A DNA stretch of 64,000 bases from contig JAOAIU010000058.1 in the NCBI GenBank assembly GCA_026414545.1, positions 41,682 through 105,681 on the forward strand. Reading direction: 5' to 3'. The translations under genes were made by a program, and so were the position numbers. This DNA is from Candidatus Saccharicenans sp. (GTDB lineage Bacteria; Acidobacteriota; Aminicenantia; Aminicenantales; Saccharicenantaceae). Shown piece after piece: positions 45,642-55,197 of the stretch; within the stretch, counting starts at the first letter, position 1; the number at the start of each line of letters is the position of its first letter. Under the pieces are notes generated by a model. It had not been told where the DNA came from and ran no database searches. It worked only from the letters and a program-made list of their open reading frames with translations.

Positions 45642-46673
45642 TCACTCCAGCGATATTTTTTTCAACAGGTCCAGGTCGTCTAGCAGCCGCCCGGCGCCCA
45701 TGACCACCGAGGTCAGCGGGTCCTCGGTGATGAAAACCGGCAGCTGGGTTTCTTCCCGGATTCTCTTATCCAGGTTTTTCAGGAGCGAGCCGCCGCCGGT
45801 CAGAATTATGCCGCGGTCTATGATATCAGCCGAAAGCTCCGGCGGGGTTCTTTCCAGGGCAATCCGGACGGCGTTGATAATCGCTGTAACCACTTCTTCG
45901 ATGGCCTCCCGGATTTCCTGGTCATCCACAACTATGGTCCTGGGGATGCCTTCCCTTAAATCGCGTCCCTTGATTTCCATGGTCAGGGACTCGTCCAGAG
46001 GATAGGCTGAGCCCAGCTGCATCTTGACCTGCTCGGCTGTCTTCTCTCCGATCAACAGGTTATATTTCTTTTTCAAATACTGAATTATGGCCTCGTCCAT
46101 CTCGTTGCTGGCAATTCTGATGGAGTGATTGAAGACTACCCCGTTCAATGAAATGACGGCAATATCCGTTGTGCCGCCGCCGATATCCACGATCATGTTC
46201 CCGGTCGGTTCAGAAATCGGCAGGTCGGCCCCTACGGCCGCGGCCATGGGCTGTTCCACTATGTAGACCTCAGAGGCCTTGGCCCTCAGGGCCACGTCTT
46301 TGACCGCCCTTCTTTCTACCTGGGTAATTCCGGTGGGAATGCCGATGACAATCCTGGGTCGCAGGAGAAAGCCGCGGTTATTCATGGCCTGCTTAATAAA
46401 ATAGTCGAGCATCCTTTCCGCAATTTCAAAGTCGGCGATGACTCCATCCCTCATCGGCTTGATGGCCACCACGTTGTTGGGAGTCTTGCCGAGCATTTCC
46501 TTGGCCCGGTTGCCGACAGCCTCAATTTTGCCGTTTTGCTTATTAACCACAACTATCGATGGCTCCTGAACAACTATTCCCCGGCCCTTGAGATAGACCA
46601 GAGTATTGGCCGTTCCCAGGTCCACGGCCAGGTCACAAAACAACCGATCTTTCATCCAGCTCCAGAGGCTCAT
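45642..46673 (-). CDS. mreB: Actin-like rod shape-determining protein MreB
   Basis: DLAVDLGTANTLVY, DIGGGTTD and LTGGGSLL motifs; 343 aa. Confidence 0.95.
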   Translation of the reverse strand: MSLWSWMKDRLFCDLAVDLGTANTLVYLKGRGIVVQEPSIVVVNKQNGKIEAVGNRAKEMLGKTPNNVVAIKPMRDGVIADFEIAERMLDYFIKQAMNNRGFLLRPRIVIGIPTGITQVERRAVKDVALRAKASEVYIVEQPMAAAVGADLPISEPTGNMIVDIGGGTTDIAVISLNGVVFNHSIRIASNEMDEAIIQYLKKKYNLLIGEKTAEQVKMQLGSAYPLDESLTMEIKGRDLREGIPRTIVVDDQEIREAIEEVVTAIINAVRIALERTPPELSADIIDRGIILTGGGSLLKNLDKRIREETQLPVFITEDPLTSVVMGAGRLLDDLDLLKKISLE

Positions 46674-46829
46674 GGCATTCCTTTCTTTCCTCGGACTATC
46701 ATATGATTATTTAACACAAAAAATCACTGCTGGCAAATGGTAAATTGCCCTTTAATGTCAAAAATTGTCTTGACTTAACCTTCCCTTTTTTAATATACAT
46801 TAAAAGAAAAAACAGGAAAGGAGAGCCTG

Positions 46830-48854
46830 ATGGATTATAAGCCTTATGTTCCTGAAAAAACCGACATGAAAGAGTTCACCCTGCGGGCGGTCATCCTCGG
46901 TCTGATCATGACCGTCATTCTCGGGGCGGCCAATGCCTATCTCGGGCTAAGAGCCGGGATGACCATAGCCGCCACCTATCCAGCCGCAGTCATCGGTATG
47001 GCTCTGTTGAAGATCATGAGGGGCTCCATCCTCGAAGAAAATATTGCCAGGACGGTCGGCTCCATCGGTGAATCGGTGGCCGCCGGGGCCATCTTCACCA
47101 TTCCCGCCTTCCTGATAACCGGGGCCTGGCTGAAATTCAACACGGTTGATGCTTACATCAAGTCCACGGCTCTGATGTTCGTTGGCGGCCTGCTGGGCAT
47201 TCTATTTGTTACCTTTCTAAGAAGAATCATGGTAACCGACCCGGAGCTGCCCTTTCCTGAATCGGTGGCCGCGGCCGAAATTCACAAGGCCGGGCAAAAA
47301 GGAAGCGCCGGGGCCAAGTTCCTTTTCCAGGCCATGGGAGTCGGGGCCCTGCTCTATGCCCTGGGCGTGGTTCAACTTTTTGCCGCCTCCAAAGAATTCA
47401 TAATCAAACTGGGCAAAATTGGCTCTAGTTTTGTCCGGCTGGGAGCCACCAAAGAGGCCGAAACCATCGGGACTGGTGGCCTGGTCAGCGTTTCCGGCCC
47501 CGGTATTTTTCCGGCCTACATCGGCGTCGGTTATATCATCGGACCACGCCTGGCTTCGCTTAACTTCGCCGGCGGAGTTCTGGCCTGGGGTCTGTTTGCT
47601 CCGCTTCTGATGTATTTCCTGGGACCTCACCTGGTGACCCAGTTCTATGGACCGAACGTGGCCATGTCGGATGTGGCCTGGCCGGAGCTGGTCATTAACG
47701 TCTGGAAATTCATCATCAGGCCGATTGCCGTCGGTGGAATGCTGGTCGGCGCTGGTTATACTCTTTTCCGCATGAGGAAAAACCTGGGAGCCGGAATCAA
47801 GCGGTCTATCGGCGATGTTAAAAAAGCAGCCGAAAAAGCAGAGATAACCTCTCGAATAGAAAAGGACCTGAACAGCCGTCTGGTCCTTTTCCTGATGGCC
47901 GTAACCGTGATTTTGATGGTTTTTGTTTATAGAATTTTCGCCGGCAGCTATCCACCGGCCATCCTGGCCGCCGTGGTCATGGCCTTGGCTGGGTTTTTCT
48001 TCGCTGCCGTTTCCGGCAACCTGGTGGGGACTATTGGTTCTTCCAACAATCCGATCTCCGGACTGACCCTGTCCACCCTGATCATTGCCGGGTTGCTGAT
48101 GGTTCTGATCGGAGCCAGAGGCACCAGCGGAGTAGTGGCCGTGCTCGGCGTGGCTTCGGTGGTCTGCGTGTCTTCGGCCGTGGCCGGAGAAATGCTTCAG
48201 GATCTCAAGGTTGGTCATATTCTGGGCGGAACTCCCTGGAAGATGCAGGTGGGCGATATCTTCGGGGTTCTGCTGGCTTCCCTGCTCCTCTATTTCCCTC
48301 TGATGATACTGCACGGCGCCTTCACCTTCGGCAGCAAAGACCTGCCTGCCCCGCAGGCCGGCCTGATGGCAGCCATTTCCCAGGGAATAGTGGGCGGCGA
48401 GATGGCCTGGCCCCTGGTCATCGTCGGCATGTTGATGGGCTTGGCCCTGATCCTGGTTCAGGTGCGCTCTCCCATGCTGGTAGCCGTGGGCATGTATCTT
48501 CCCCTGGAAACCACTTTCGCCATTTTCATGGGCGGTATGATCAAGGGAATCCTGGACCGGATAATCGCCAGAAGGCAGCTCAACCCGGCCCAGAAAGCCA
48601 GGGTGGAAAATGTCGGGATACTCCTGGCTGCCGGTCTGATTGCCGGAGAAGCCTTGACCGGCCTTATCCGGGCTGCCTGGAAGTTCTTTTTCCTGCAGAA
48701 CGTAATAAGCAAAGACATTCCGGTCATCTTCAAGAATCCGACTTATCTGGGCGGGTTGGCCGTTCTGGTCCTGATCGGTTTCTACTTAATCGCCGTTCCT
48801 CTTAAGAACGCGGGGGCACCAGACGAGCCGCCGCCACCGTCGGCCGTCATCTAA
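46830..48854 (+). CDS. OPT family oligopeptide transporter
   Basis: 674 aa and polytopic. The N-terminal pattern EFTLRAVILGLIMTVILGAANAYLGLRAGMTIAATYPAAV is typical of bacterial OPT proteins. Confidence 0.8.
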   Translation: MDYKPYVPEKTDMKEFTLRAVILGLIMTVILGAANAYLGLRAGMTIAATYPAAVIGMALLKIMRGSILEENIARTVGSIGESVAAGAIFTIPAFLITGAWLKFNTVDAYIKSTALMFVGGLLGILFVTFLRRIMVTDPELPFPESVAAAEIHKAGQKGSAGAKFLFQAMGVGALLYALGVVQLFAASKEFIIKLGKIGSSFVRLGATKEAETIGTGGLVSVSGPGIFPAYIGVGYIIGPRLASLNFAGGVLAWGLFAPLLMYFLGPHLVTQFYGPNVAMSDVAWPELVINVWKFIIRPIAVGGMLVGAGYTLFRMRKNLGAGIKRSIGDVKKAAEKAEITSRIEKDLNSRLVLFLMAVTVILMVFVYRIFAGSYPPAILAAVVMALAGFFFAAVSGNLVGTIGSSNNPISGLTLSTLIIAGLLMVLIGARGTSGVVAVLGVASVVCVSSAVAGEMLQDLKVGHILGGTPWKMQVGDIFGVLLASLLLYFPLMILHGAFTFGSKDLPAPQAGLMAAISQGIVGGEMAWPLVIVGMLMGLALILVQVRSPMLVAVGMYLPLETTFAIFMGGMIKGILDRIIARRQLNPAQKARVENVGILLAAGLIAGEALTGLIRAAWKFFFLQNVISKDIPVIFKNPTYLGGLAVLVLIGFYLIAVPLKNAGAPDEPPPPSAVI

Positions 48855-48910
48855 AATCTATTTACTTGCCGGCAGTTGTCTGTTGGACTGTGCTGGTCTA
48901 AAATAGGTCT

Positions 48911-49417
48911 ATGGCTCTGCTTGAAATCATAACCATCGGGCATCCCACCCTGGCCAGGCGGGCTCTGCCGGTTGAGAATATCAACCAGGAAATCGTGGAG
49001 CTGGCCCGCAACATGGTGGAAACCATGCACCAGGCTCCAGGGATAGGTCTGGCCGCACCCCAGGTTAATGTCGGTTTGAGGCTGATTACCATCGACCTAT
49101 CCGTCGGGGAGAACCGCGACGACCTGATTATCATGGTCAATCCTGAAATCATAGAGGCTGAAGGAGAACAGGTTTCGGAAGAGGGCTGCCTTTCTGTTCC
49201 GGGAATATACGAAAAAGTTGCCCGGCCTTTGCGAATACTGGTCAGAGGACATAACCTGGATGGCCGGGAGGTAAGGCTGGAGGCCAGCGACCTTCTGGCC
49301 AGGGTATTCTGTCATGAGATAGACCATCTTGACGGCAAGTTGTTTGTGGATCGCCTCTCTCCCCTGAAAAGACGCCTGTTGCGCAGCCGACTGAAAAAGG
49401 AACAGGGAAAAACCTGA
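48911..49417 (+). CDS. def: Peptide deformylase
   Basis: GIGLAAPQV, EGCLSVPG and HEIDHLDG motifs. Confidence 0.95.
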   Translation: MALLEIITIGHPTLARRALPVENINQEIVELARNMVETMHQAPGIGLAAPQVNVGLRLITIDLSVGENRDDLIIMVNPEIIEAEGEQVSEEGCLSVPGIYEKVARPLRILVRGHNLDGREVRLEASDLLARVFCHEIDHLDGKLFVDRLSPLKRRLLRSRLKKEQGKT

Positions 49418-50349
49418 TGAGGGTTGTGTTTTTCGGCAGTCCCCCCACCGCCCTTCCGGCCTTAAGTGGGCTTTTGTCTGCCGGCCACGAAATTAAGCTG
49501 GTCATCACGCAGCCCGACAAGCCGGCCGGCCGCGGCAAGAAACTGACCCCACCCGCAGTCAAGGTCTTTGCCGAAGATCATGGCCTGCCCTACCTCCAGC
49601 CGGAAAAGATCCGGAAAGACGAAAAGGTGCTGGAAGCCATAAAAGAAGCAAATCCGGATATTAACATAGTCGTGGCCTACGGGCAGATCATTCCTGGCTC
49701 AATCATCTACCTCCCCCCTCTCAAATCAATCAATATTCATTTTTCCCTGCTACCCAAGTACCGTGGAGCGGCCCCGGTTCAATGGGCTATCCTGAACGGG
49801 GAAAGGTTTACCGGAGTCACCATTTTCCAGCTAACCGAAAAAATGGACGAGGGCCCGATCCTGACTCAGGAACTGGTTCCCATACTGCCCAGGGAAAATG
49901 CCCATGAACTGGAAACCAGGCTGTCTCATCTCGGAGCCCAGCTTTTATTAAGAACAATCGAAAAAATAGGCAGCCTGGAGCCAAAAGAACAGGATCATTC
50001 TCTGGCTACTTACGCTCCCAAATTGACCAAAGAGCAGGGTCGCATCGACTGGCAACAAACAGCCGAGGCCATCGACCGCCAGGTCCGGGCTTTTTTTGGC
50101 TGGCCAGGGGCTTTTGCTTTCCACAATGGCCAGCGCCTTGAAATTATTTCCGGGCAGGTCACCCAGGGGCTGATGCCGGCCGCCCGTCCTGGCGAAGTGG
50201 TTCAGCTGGACAAGTCAGGAATATACGTCTGCTGTGGCCAGAAAACTTTCTATCTGATAGAGAAGGTAAAACCGGAGGGTAGAAAGGAAATGTCAGCTTT
50301 CTCCTTTTCTCTCGGTGGAAAGGTTCGGGTAGGCACCATCCTGGAATGA
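49417..50349 (+). CDS. fmt: Methionyl-tRNA formyltransferase
   Basis: MRVVFFGSP start, VITQPDKPAGRGKK, and SLLPKYRGAAP motifs. It overlaps the def stop codon (ATGA junction). Confidence 0.95.
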   Translation: MRVVFFGSPPTALPALSGLLSAGHEIKLVITQPDKPAGRGKKLTPPAVKVFAEDHGLPYLQPEKIRKDEKVLEAIKEANPDINIVVAYGQIIPGSIIYLPPLKSINIHFSLLPKYRGAAPVQWAILNGERFTGVTIFQLTEKMDEGPILTQELVPILPRENAHELETRLSHLGAQLLLRTIEKIGSLEPKEQDHSLATYAPKLTKEQGRIDWQQTAEAIDRQVRAFFGWPGAFAFHNGQRLEIISGQVTQGLMPAARPGEVVQLDKSGIYVCCGQKTFYLIEKVKPEGRKEMSAFSFSLGGKVRVGTILE

Positions 50350-50407
50350 TTCTTAAAGCCCTTCCAGGTTGGCAATTCTGTCCCGGAGATTGACGGAAAA
50401 TGCCAGT

Positions 50408-51298
50408 TTATTCTTCGATTATGTAATTAATCGGATTTATGGGTTTTCCGTTCAGATGAACTTCGTAGTGAAGATGGGGGCCAAGAGCCTTGCCGGTCTT
50501 GCCCACGTAGCCGATAACCTGGCCACGGTTGAGTTTCTGCCCTGACCTGACCATATATTTATTCAGATGCCAGTATTCGGTCGTAAAGCCATTGCCATGG
50601 CTGATTGAAACATAATTACCCTTATACTTATCGAACCCGACCTGAACCACCACCCCATCGGCGGTGGCCACCACTGGATTATTAAGGTTGGTGGCAATGT
50701 CCAGTCCGGCATGAAAGGCATTCCTGCCGGTAAAAGGGTCAATCCGGGGGCCGAACGAGGAAGAAACCCAGCCAACCGTAGGCCAGATGGTAGGAGTGGT
50801 GGCCAGCACAGCGGTCTGACTCTCAAAGAAATGCATCATATAGTTCAGGTTTTTCTCAACGGCATCGGCTCTCTGTTTAATAGCCTGCAGGGCTCCGGGT
50901 TCCACATTTTTTCTCTGCGGTACCAGGCCCAGGTCATCCTTTTCCCCGCCGCCCAGGCCAGGCTCCCCCTTCAGGTTCTCTGCAGATTGCAGACCGGCCA
51001 GGACGTTGATCTTCCGGGCATATTCTTCAAAATTGGCGATGGTCTCCTTCATCTGAGAGATGGTATTTTCATAGGTGGCGATTGTTTCCTTCTGAGCTGC
51101 CGTCTCCTTTAGCAACTCCCGGTAACGGGCCTTGGTCATAGTCATGGAAAAATAGTCCAGCAGAAAAAACACAAACAGAACGAGGAATGAGATACCGGCC
51201 CCGACCATCAACCGCACCGCTTTCTGGGGAATATTTATGGTGCGAAAACTGGTCTTCCAGTTAGGGACGATTACTATGGACACAAATCTTTTAGCCAT
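50408..51298 (-). CDS. M23 family metallopeptidase (LytM/EnvC-like) with an N-terminal TM segment and coiled-coil
   Basis: HAGLDIA and GPHLHYEVHLNGKPINP motifs. Confidence 0.85.
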   Translation of the reverse strand: MAKRFVSIVIVPNWKTSFRTINIPQKAVRLMVGAGISFLVLFVFFLLDYFSMTMTKARYRELLKETAAQKETIATYENTISQMKETIANFEEYARKINVLAGLQSAENLKGEPGLGGGEKDDLGLVPQRKNVEPGALQAIKQRADAVEKNLNYMMHFFESQTAVLATTPTIWPTVGWVSSSFGPRIDPFTGRNAFHAGLDIATNLNNPVVATADGVVVQVGFDKYKGNYVSISHGNGFTTEYWHLNKYMVRSGQKLNRGQVIGYVGKTGKALGPHLHYEVHLNGKPINPINYIIEE

Positions 51299-51368
51299 TT
51301 CTAACCACTTCTTTTAACATATTGTAACCTTTTCTGTCAACCTCTAGTAAAATATTGTCAGGCTGTCT

Positions 51369-51626
51369 TCATTCAATCACCTTGAAAATCACGTCGTGCT
51401 CACGAACCGGCATATCAACCTTAAAGGCCACTTCCTCACCGGCCCTGGCTTCCTCAACTGGTCTGTGCTCAATCTGCATGGACTCAATTTTCTGAAAAAA
51501 ATCAGTGCTATGACCCTTGATATGAACCACATCTCCGATCTTAAGCCCTCTACCAGAAATCTTGGCCACTCCTACTTGAATCTTCGAAAAATAATGAGTT
51601 ATACGGCCTACCTCTACCTCCTCCAT
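51369..51626 (-). CDS. Translation elongation factor-like small protein (EF-Tu domain 2-like beta-barrel)
   Basis: 85 aa. The G.ITHYF.KI.V.V......LK.GD..HIKGH.TDF.Q...SMQIEH..V pattern matches a conserved small family I remember under that annotation. Confidence 0.55.
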   Translation of the reverse strand: MEEVEVGRITHYFSKIQVGVAKISGRGLKIGDVVHIKGHSTDFFQKIESMQIEHRPVEEARAGEEVAFKVDMPVREHDVIFKVIE

Positions 51627-51689
51627 TTTTACCCTCCTTTTAAATTTGTCTAAAAAATATCAAAAAAGTTGAATTTTAGCAAACAATTT

Positions 51690-52454
51690 TTAGCCCCCGC
51701 ATAAAACCGACCCCCCATTGACATTGAGAATTTCGCCAGTTATGTGCCTGGCCAGGTCCGAAACCAGGAACAGGATGGGGCCAGCAATATCTTCAGGAGG
51801 AGGTATTCTCTTAAGGGGAATGGACTGCCTGACTTTCTCCCTGAAATCGGGGTCGGCAAAAACCTCAGTGCACATGTCCGTATCAACCCAGCCCGGGGCT
51901 ACGCAATTTACCCTGATGTTATGGGGAGCCAGTTCCACGGCCAGGGACTTGGTCAGGGCCAGGAGAGCTCCTTTGCTGGCAGCATAATGGGAATGGAAAG
52001 CTTCTCCCCTGACCGCGGCCGTGGAAGCCACATTGACTATCCAGCCCTGTTTATTTTTCTTCATCCAGGGAACCACAGCATTGATGGCATAGAATACGCC
52101 GTCCAGGTTAACGGCCATAGTCTCCCGCCAGACCTATTCCGGCATATTGCCCATTTCTCCATAGGACCAGATTCCGGCGTTATTTACCAGGATATCAAGC
52201 CCTCCCCATTTTTCCCCCGCCGTCGCCACCATTTTCTCCACCTCAACTCGGTTGGAAATCTCAGCCCTAAAAAGCAAAGCCTCGCGGCCTTTCTTTTCTA
52301 TCAAATCCTTTACTTCCCGGGCGGCCTGATCATTTTTCTGAAAATGGATGGCCACATCGGCTCCGGCTTCGGCCAGCAGCAGCGAAGTAGCCCGACCTAT
52401 GCCCCGCGAACCCCCGGTAACCAGCGCCTTTTTACCGTTCAGTCTGATCATCAC
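51690..52454 (-). pseudogene. SDR family oxidoreductase (FabG-like) interrupted by one in-frame TAG
   Basis: Track ORFs 52134-52454 and 51690-52118 are in the same frame. The first carries TGGSRGIG and NNAG; the second carries the S...YxxxK triad in ASTAAVRG....YAASKGA, plus PGWVDT. They are separated only by a TAG at 52134-52136: ...GNMPE-TAG-VWRETMAVNLDG... Confidence 0.7.
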
Positions 52455-52468
52455 TATTCATCCTTCTA

Positions 52469-55009
52469 TCAGATATAGCTTAGGCTGAAGTCGGGTAGGC
52501 GATGAAATTCCAGATAGCGGTATATCTGATCCGCAAATGGAATTATTTTTTCTCTCATCACCTCGAAATATTTTTCTACTGACGGCAGCTTCCCTTCCAC
52601 TCCGGCTATGGCTGCCAGTTCGGCTGAACCCAGATACACCCGGGCATTATCACCCATCCGGTTATCGAAATTCCTGGTGGAGGTAGAGATGACCGTGGTT
52701 CCGGGCCTGACCCGGGCCTGATTGCCCATACACAGAGAACAACCGGGGATCTCCACTCTGGCTCCTACCTGGGAAAAAGCTGCAAACAGGCCCTCCTTCA
52801 TCAGCTGGGTATAATCCATCCTGGTGGGTGGAGTCAGCCAGATGCGGGTTGAGGGATAGCAGGCTTTTTCAAATATCCTGGCAGCGGCCCGAAAATGGCC
52901 GATGTTGGTCATACAGGAACCGATGAAGACTTCGTCAATCTTATCTCCGGCCACCTCGCTCAGCAGCCTGACATCATCGGGGTCATTGGGACAGGCCAGG
53001 ATCGGTTCTTTGATTTCCGCCAGGTCTATTTCGATGACCGCAGCATATTCTGCTCCGGCGTCCCTTTTCAGCAGGACCGGGTTCTTAAGCCACTCCTCAC
53101 AGGCCCTGATTCTACGCTCCAGCGTTCCGGCGTCCTGATAACCAGCTTCTATCATTTTTTTCATCAGAGCAATATTGCTCTTGACATATTCAACAACCTG
53201 TTCTTCCTTCAGGGCTATGACCGCAGCCGCGGCCGACCTTTCGGCCGAGGCGTCGGTCAGTTCATAAGCCTGTTCTACGGTCAGGTCCTCCAGCCCTTCC
53301 ATCTCAAGAATGCGGCCGTTAAAAACGTTTTTCTTGCCTTTTTTAGCCACGGTCAGCAGGCCCTGTTTGATGGCAAAATAAGGAATGGCATTAACCACGT
53401 CCCTCAGGGTCAGACCAGGATTCAACCGGCCGCTAAATCTGACCAGGACTGATTCTGGCATGTCCAGAGGCATGAAGCCCAGGGCTCCAGCAAAGGCTAC
53501 CAGGCCCGAGCCGGCTGGAAAGCTGATGCCCACCGGGAATCGGGTATGGGAGTCGCCCCCCGTACCCACGGTATCGGGCAGAATCAGCCGGTTTAACCAG
53601 GAATGGATAACACCGTCACCAGGCTTCAGGGCCACCCCCTTTCTCTCAACAACGAAAGCAGAGAGGTTGCGATGCATCCTGACATCAGTCGGTTTGGGGT
53701 AAGCGGCCGTGTGGCAGAACGACTGCATAAACAATTCCGTCTGAAATTCCAGGCAGGCCAGCTCAGTGAGCTCATCGGCAGTCATCGGACCGGTGGTGTC
53801 CTGGGAACCCACCGTGGTCATCCGGGGCTCGCAGGAAGTTCCAGCCAACACCCCGGGAAGGCCACAGGCCCGGCCCACAATTTTCTGAGCCAGGGTATAA
53901 CCCTGTCCTGGCTTCGGAACCGGGTTTTGAACCTGGACGAAAAAGTCAGCTTCCGGCCAGCCCAGGTCCTTCCTGGCTTTGGCTGTCAGTTGCCTCCCGA
54001 TTATCAGGTTAAGACGGCCGCCAGCCCTGAATTCATCCTTGATGGTCACCGGTTTCCAGTCAAACCTGGCCAGCACTTCTCCGCTCTCGCTGACGATAAC
54101 TCCTTCCCTGGTTTTTATTCTTACTACATCCCCGGTCTTCAGGCGGCTGACTTCGGCCTGGATCGGCAACCCGCCCGAGTCTTCGGTGGTGTTGAAGAAA
54201 ATCGGGGCAATCAGTCCGCCTATCACCACTCCACCGCGTCTTTTGTTGGGAACAAAGGGAATGTCTTCTCCGATATGCCACATGAGAGAATTACAGGCTG
54301 ACTTTCGGGAGGAACCTGTCCCAACCACATCTCCCACGAAGGCTACCCGATATCCTTCCTGCCTGAATTGCTTGATTATTTCGAGTCCTCCCGGGAAGCG
54401 GGTTTCACCCATACTCAGGGCATGCAACGGGATATCCGGCCGGCTCCAGGCATACTTGGCCGGGGAAAAATCGTCGGTGTTGATTTCACCGTCAACCTTA
54501 AAAACTTTAAGTTCTATTATCTCGGGTAGGTCGGGCCTGGACAGAAACCACTCTCCTCTGGCCCAGGATTCCAGGACTTCCCGAGCGTATTTATTAGACC
54601 TGGAGAGATCCAGCACCTTGTCATAGGCACCATAGACAAGAATTATATTTTTAAGGGCAGAAGCGGCCATGGGGGCCAGTTCCGGCTTTTCCAGCATGGA
54701 GACCAGGGGTTCTACGTTATACCCCCCGATCATGGTGCCCAACAAGAATACGGCTCTCTGCGGGCTGACCAGGGGGGATTTCCTTCTTCCCAGAGCGATC
54801 TGGGTGAGCCACTCGGCTTTAACCCTGGCCGCCGGGTCAACGCCGGGTGAAATCCTCTGCTCCAGTAAATACACAAGGTCCTGCTCCTTGCCAGCCGGAG
54901 GATTTTCCAGAAGCTGACACAGTTCTTGAGCTTCTTCCGCGGTCAAGGGCAGGGGCGGAATGCCCTGTTTTTCTCTTTCCCTGGCTTTTTGAAAATAGCT
55001 TTCCATCAT
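52469..55009 (-). CDS. acnB: Aconitate hydratase B (bifunctional aconitase 2 / 2-methylisocitrate dehydratase type)
   Basis: The N-terminus MMESYFQKAREREKQGIPPLPLTAEEAQELCQLLENPPAGKE closely parallels E. coli AcnB (MLEEYRKHVAERAAEGIAPKPLDANQMAALVELLKNPPAGEE). 846 aa. Fe-S ligand Cys contexts are present. Confidence 0.9.
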   Translation of the reverse strand: MMESYFQKAREREKQGIPPLPLTAEEAQELCQLLENPPAGKEQDLVYLLEQRISPGVDPAARVKAEWLTQIALGRRKSPLVSPQRAVFLLGTMIGGYNVEPLVSMLEKPELAPMAASALKNIILVYGAYDKVLDLSRSNKYAREVLESWARGEWFLSRPDLPEIIELKVFKVDGEINTDDFSPAKYAWSRPDIPLHALSMGETRFPGGLEIIKQFRQEGYRVAFVGDVVGTGSSRKSACNSLMWHIGEDIPFVPNKRRGGVVIGGLIAPIFFNTTEDSGGLPIQAEVSRLKTGDVVRIKTREGVIVSESGEVLARFDWKPVTIKDEFRAGGRLNLIIGRQLTAKARKDLGWPEADFFVQVQNPVPKPGQGYTLAQKIVGRACGLPGVLAGTSCEPRMTTVGSQDTTGPMTADELTELACLEFQTELFMQSFCHTAAYPKPTDVRMHRNLSAFVVERKGVALKPGDGVIHSWLNRLILPDTVGTGGDSHTRFPVGISFPAGSGLVAFAGALGFMPLDMPESVLVRFSGRLNPGLTLRDVVNAIPYFAIKQGLLTVAKKGKKNVFNGRILEMEGLEDLTVEQAYELTDASAERSAAAAVIALKEEQVVEYVKSNIALMKKMIEAGYQDAGTLERRIRACEEWLKNPVLLKRDAGAEYAAVIEIDLAEIKEPILACPNDPDDVRLLSEVAGDKIDEVFIGSCMTNIGHFRAAARIFEKACYPSTRIWLTPPTRMDYTQLMKEGLFAAFSQVGARVEIPGCSLCMGNQARVRPGTTVISTSTRNFDNRMGDNARVYLGSAELAAIAGVEGKLPSVEKYFEVMREKIIPFADQIYRYLEFHRLPDFSLSYI

Positions 55010-55022
55010 AGACGAAACTCCT

Positions 55023-55067
55023 TATCAGATTTTATCTTTCGAAGAGAAAATATCAGATTATTATCTT
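55023..55067. promoter_or_regulatory. Two direct copies of TATCAGATT(A)TTATCTT in the acnB / icd-like divergent intergenic region
   Basis: Read directly. The copies are at 55023-55038 (tatcagattttatctt) and 55051-55067 (tatcagattattatctt). Each contains AGAT-N3/4-ATCT dyad symmetry. The first copy abuts the acnB RBS. Confidence 0.3.
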
Positions 55068-55197
55068 AAAAAGAATAAATTTTTTTGTCAAAAGAAATTG
55101 CTGCCGGCATCCCAAAAAAAATGGTTGATTTTAATTTTTGAAGATAATAGAATTAATTCTTAAAATTTTTCTCTCAAAACCAAAATCAGGAGGTAAA

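Noticed and set aside
47217-48314. 365-aa minus-strand ORF antisense to the OPT transporter
   Set aside because: Same reasoning: the sense strand encodes a clear OPT protein, and the antisense product is Gly/His/Gln/Asp-rich with no motifs.
52134-52136. Pyrrolysine or genome-wide TAG reassignment as an explanation for the in-frame amber codon in the SDR gene
   Set aside because: TAG terminates at least three well-defined genes in this window (stops at 11202-11204, 22974-22976 and 61679-61681). SDRs are not known Pyl proteins, and no pyl genes are visible here. A nonsense mutation or a sequencing error is the simpler explanation.
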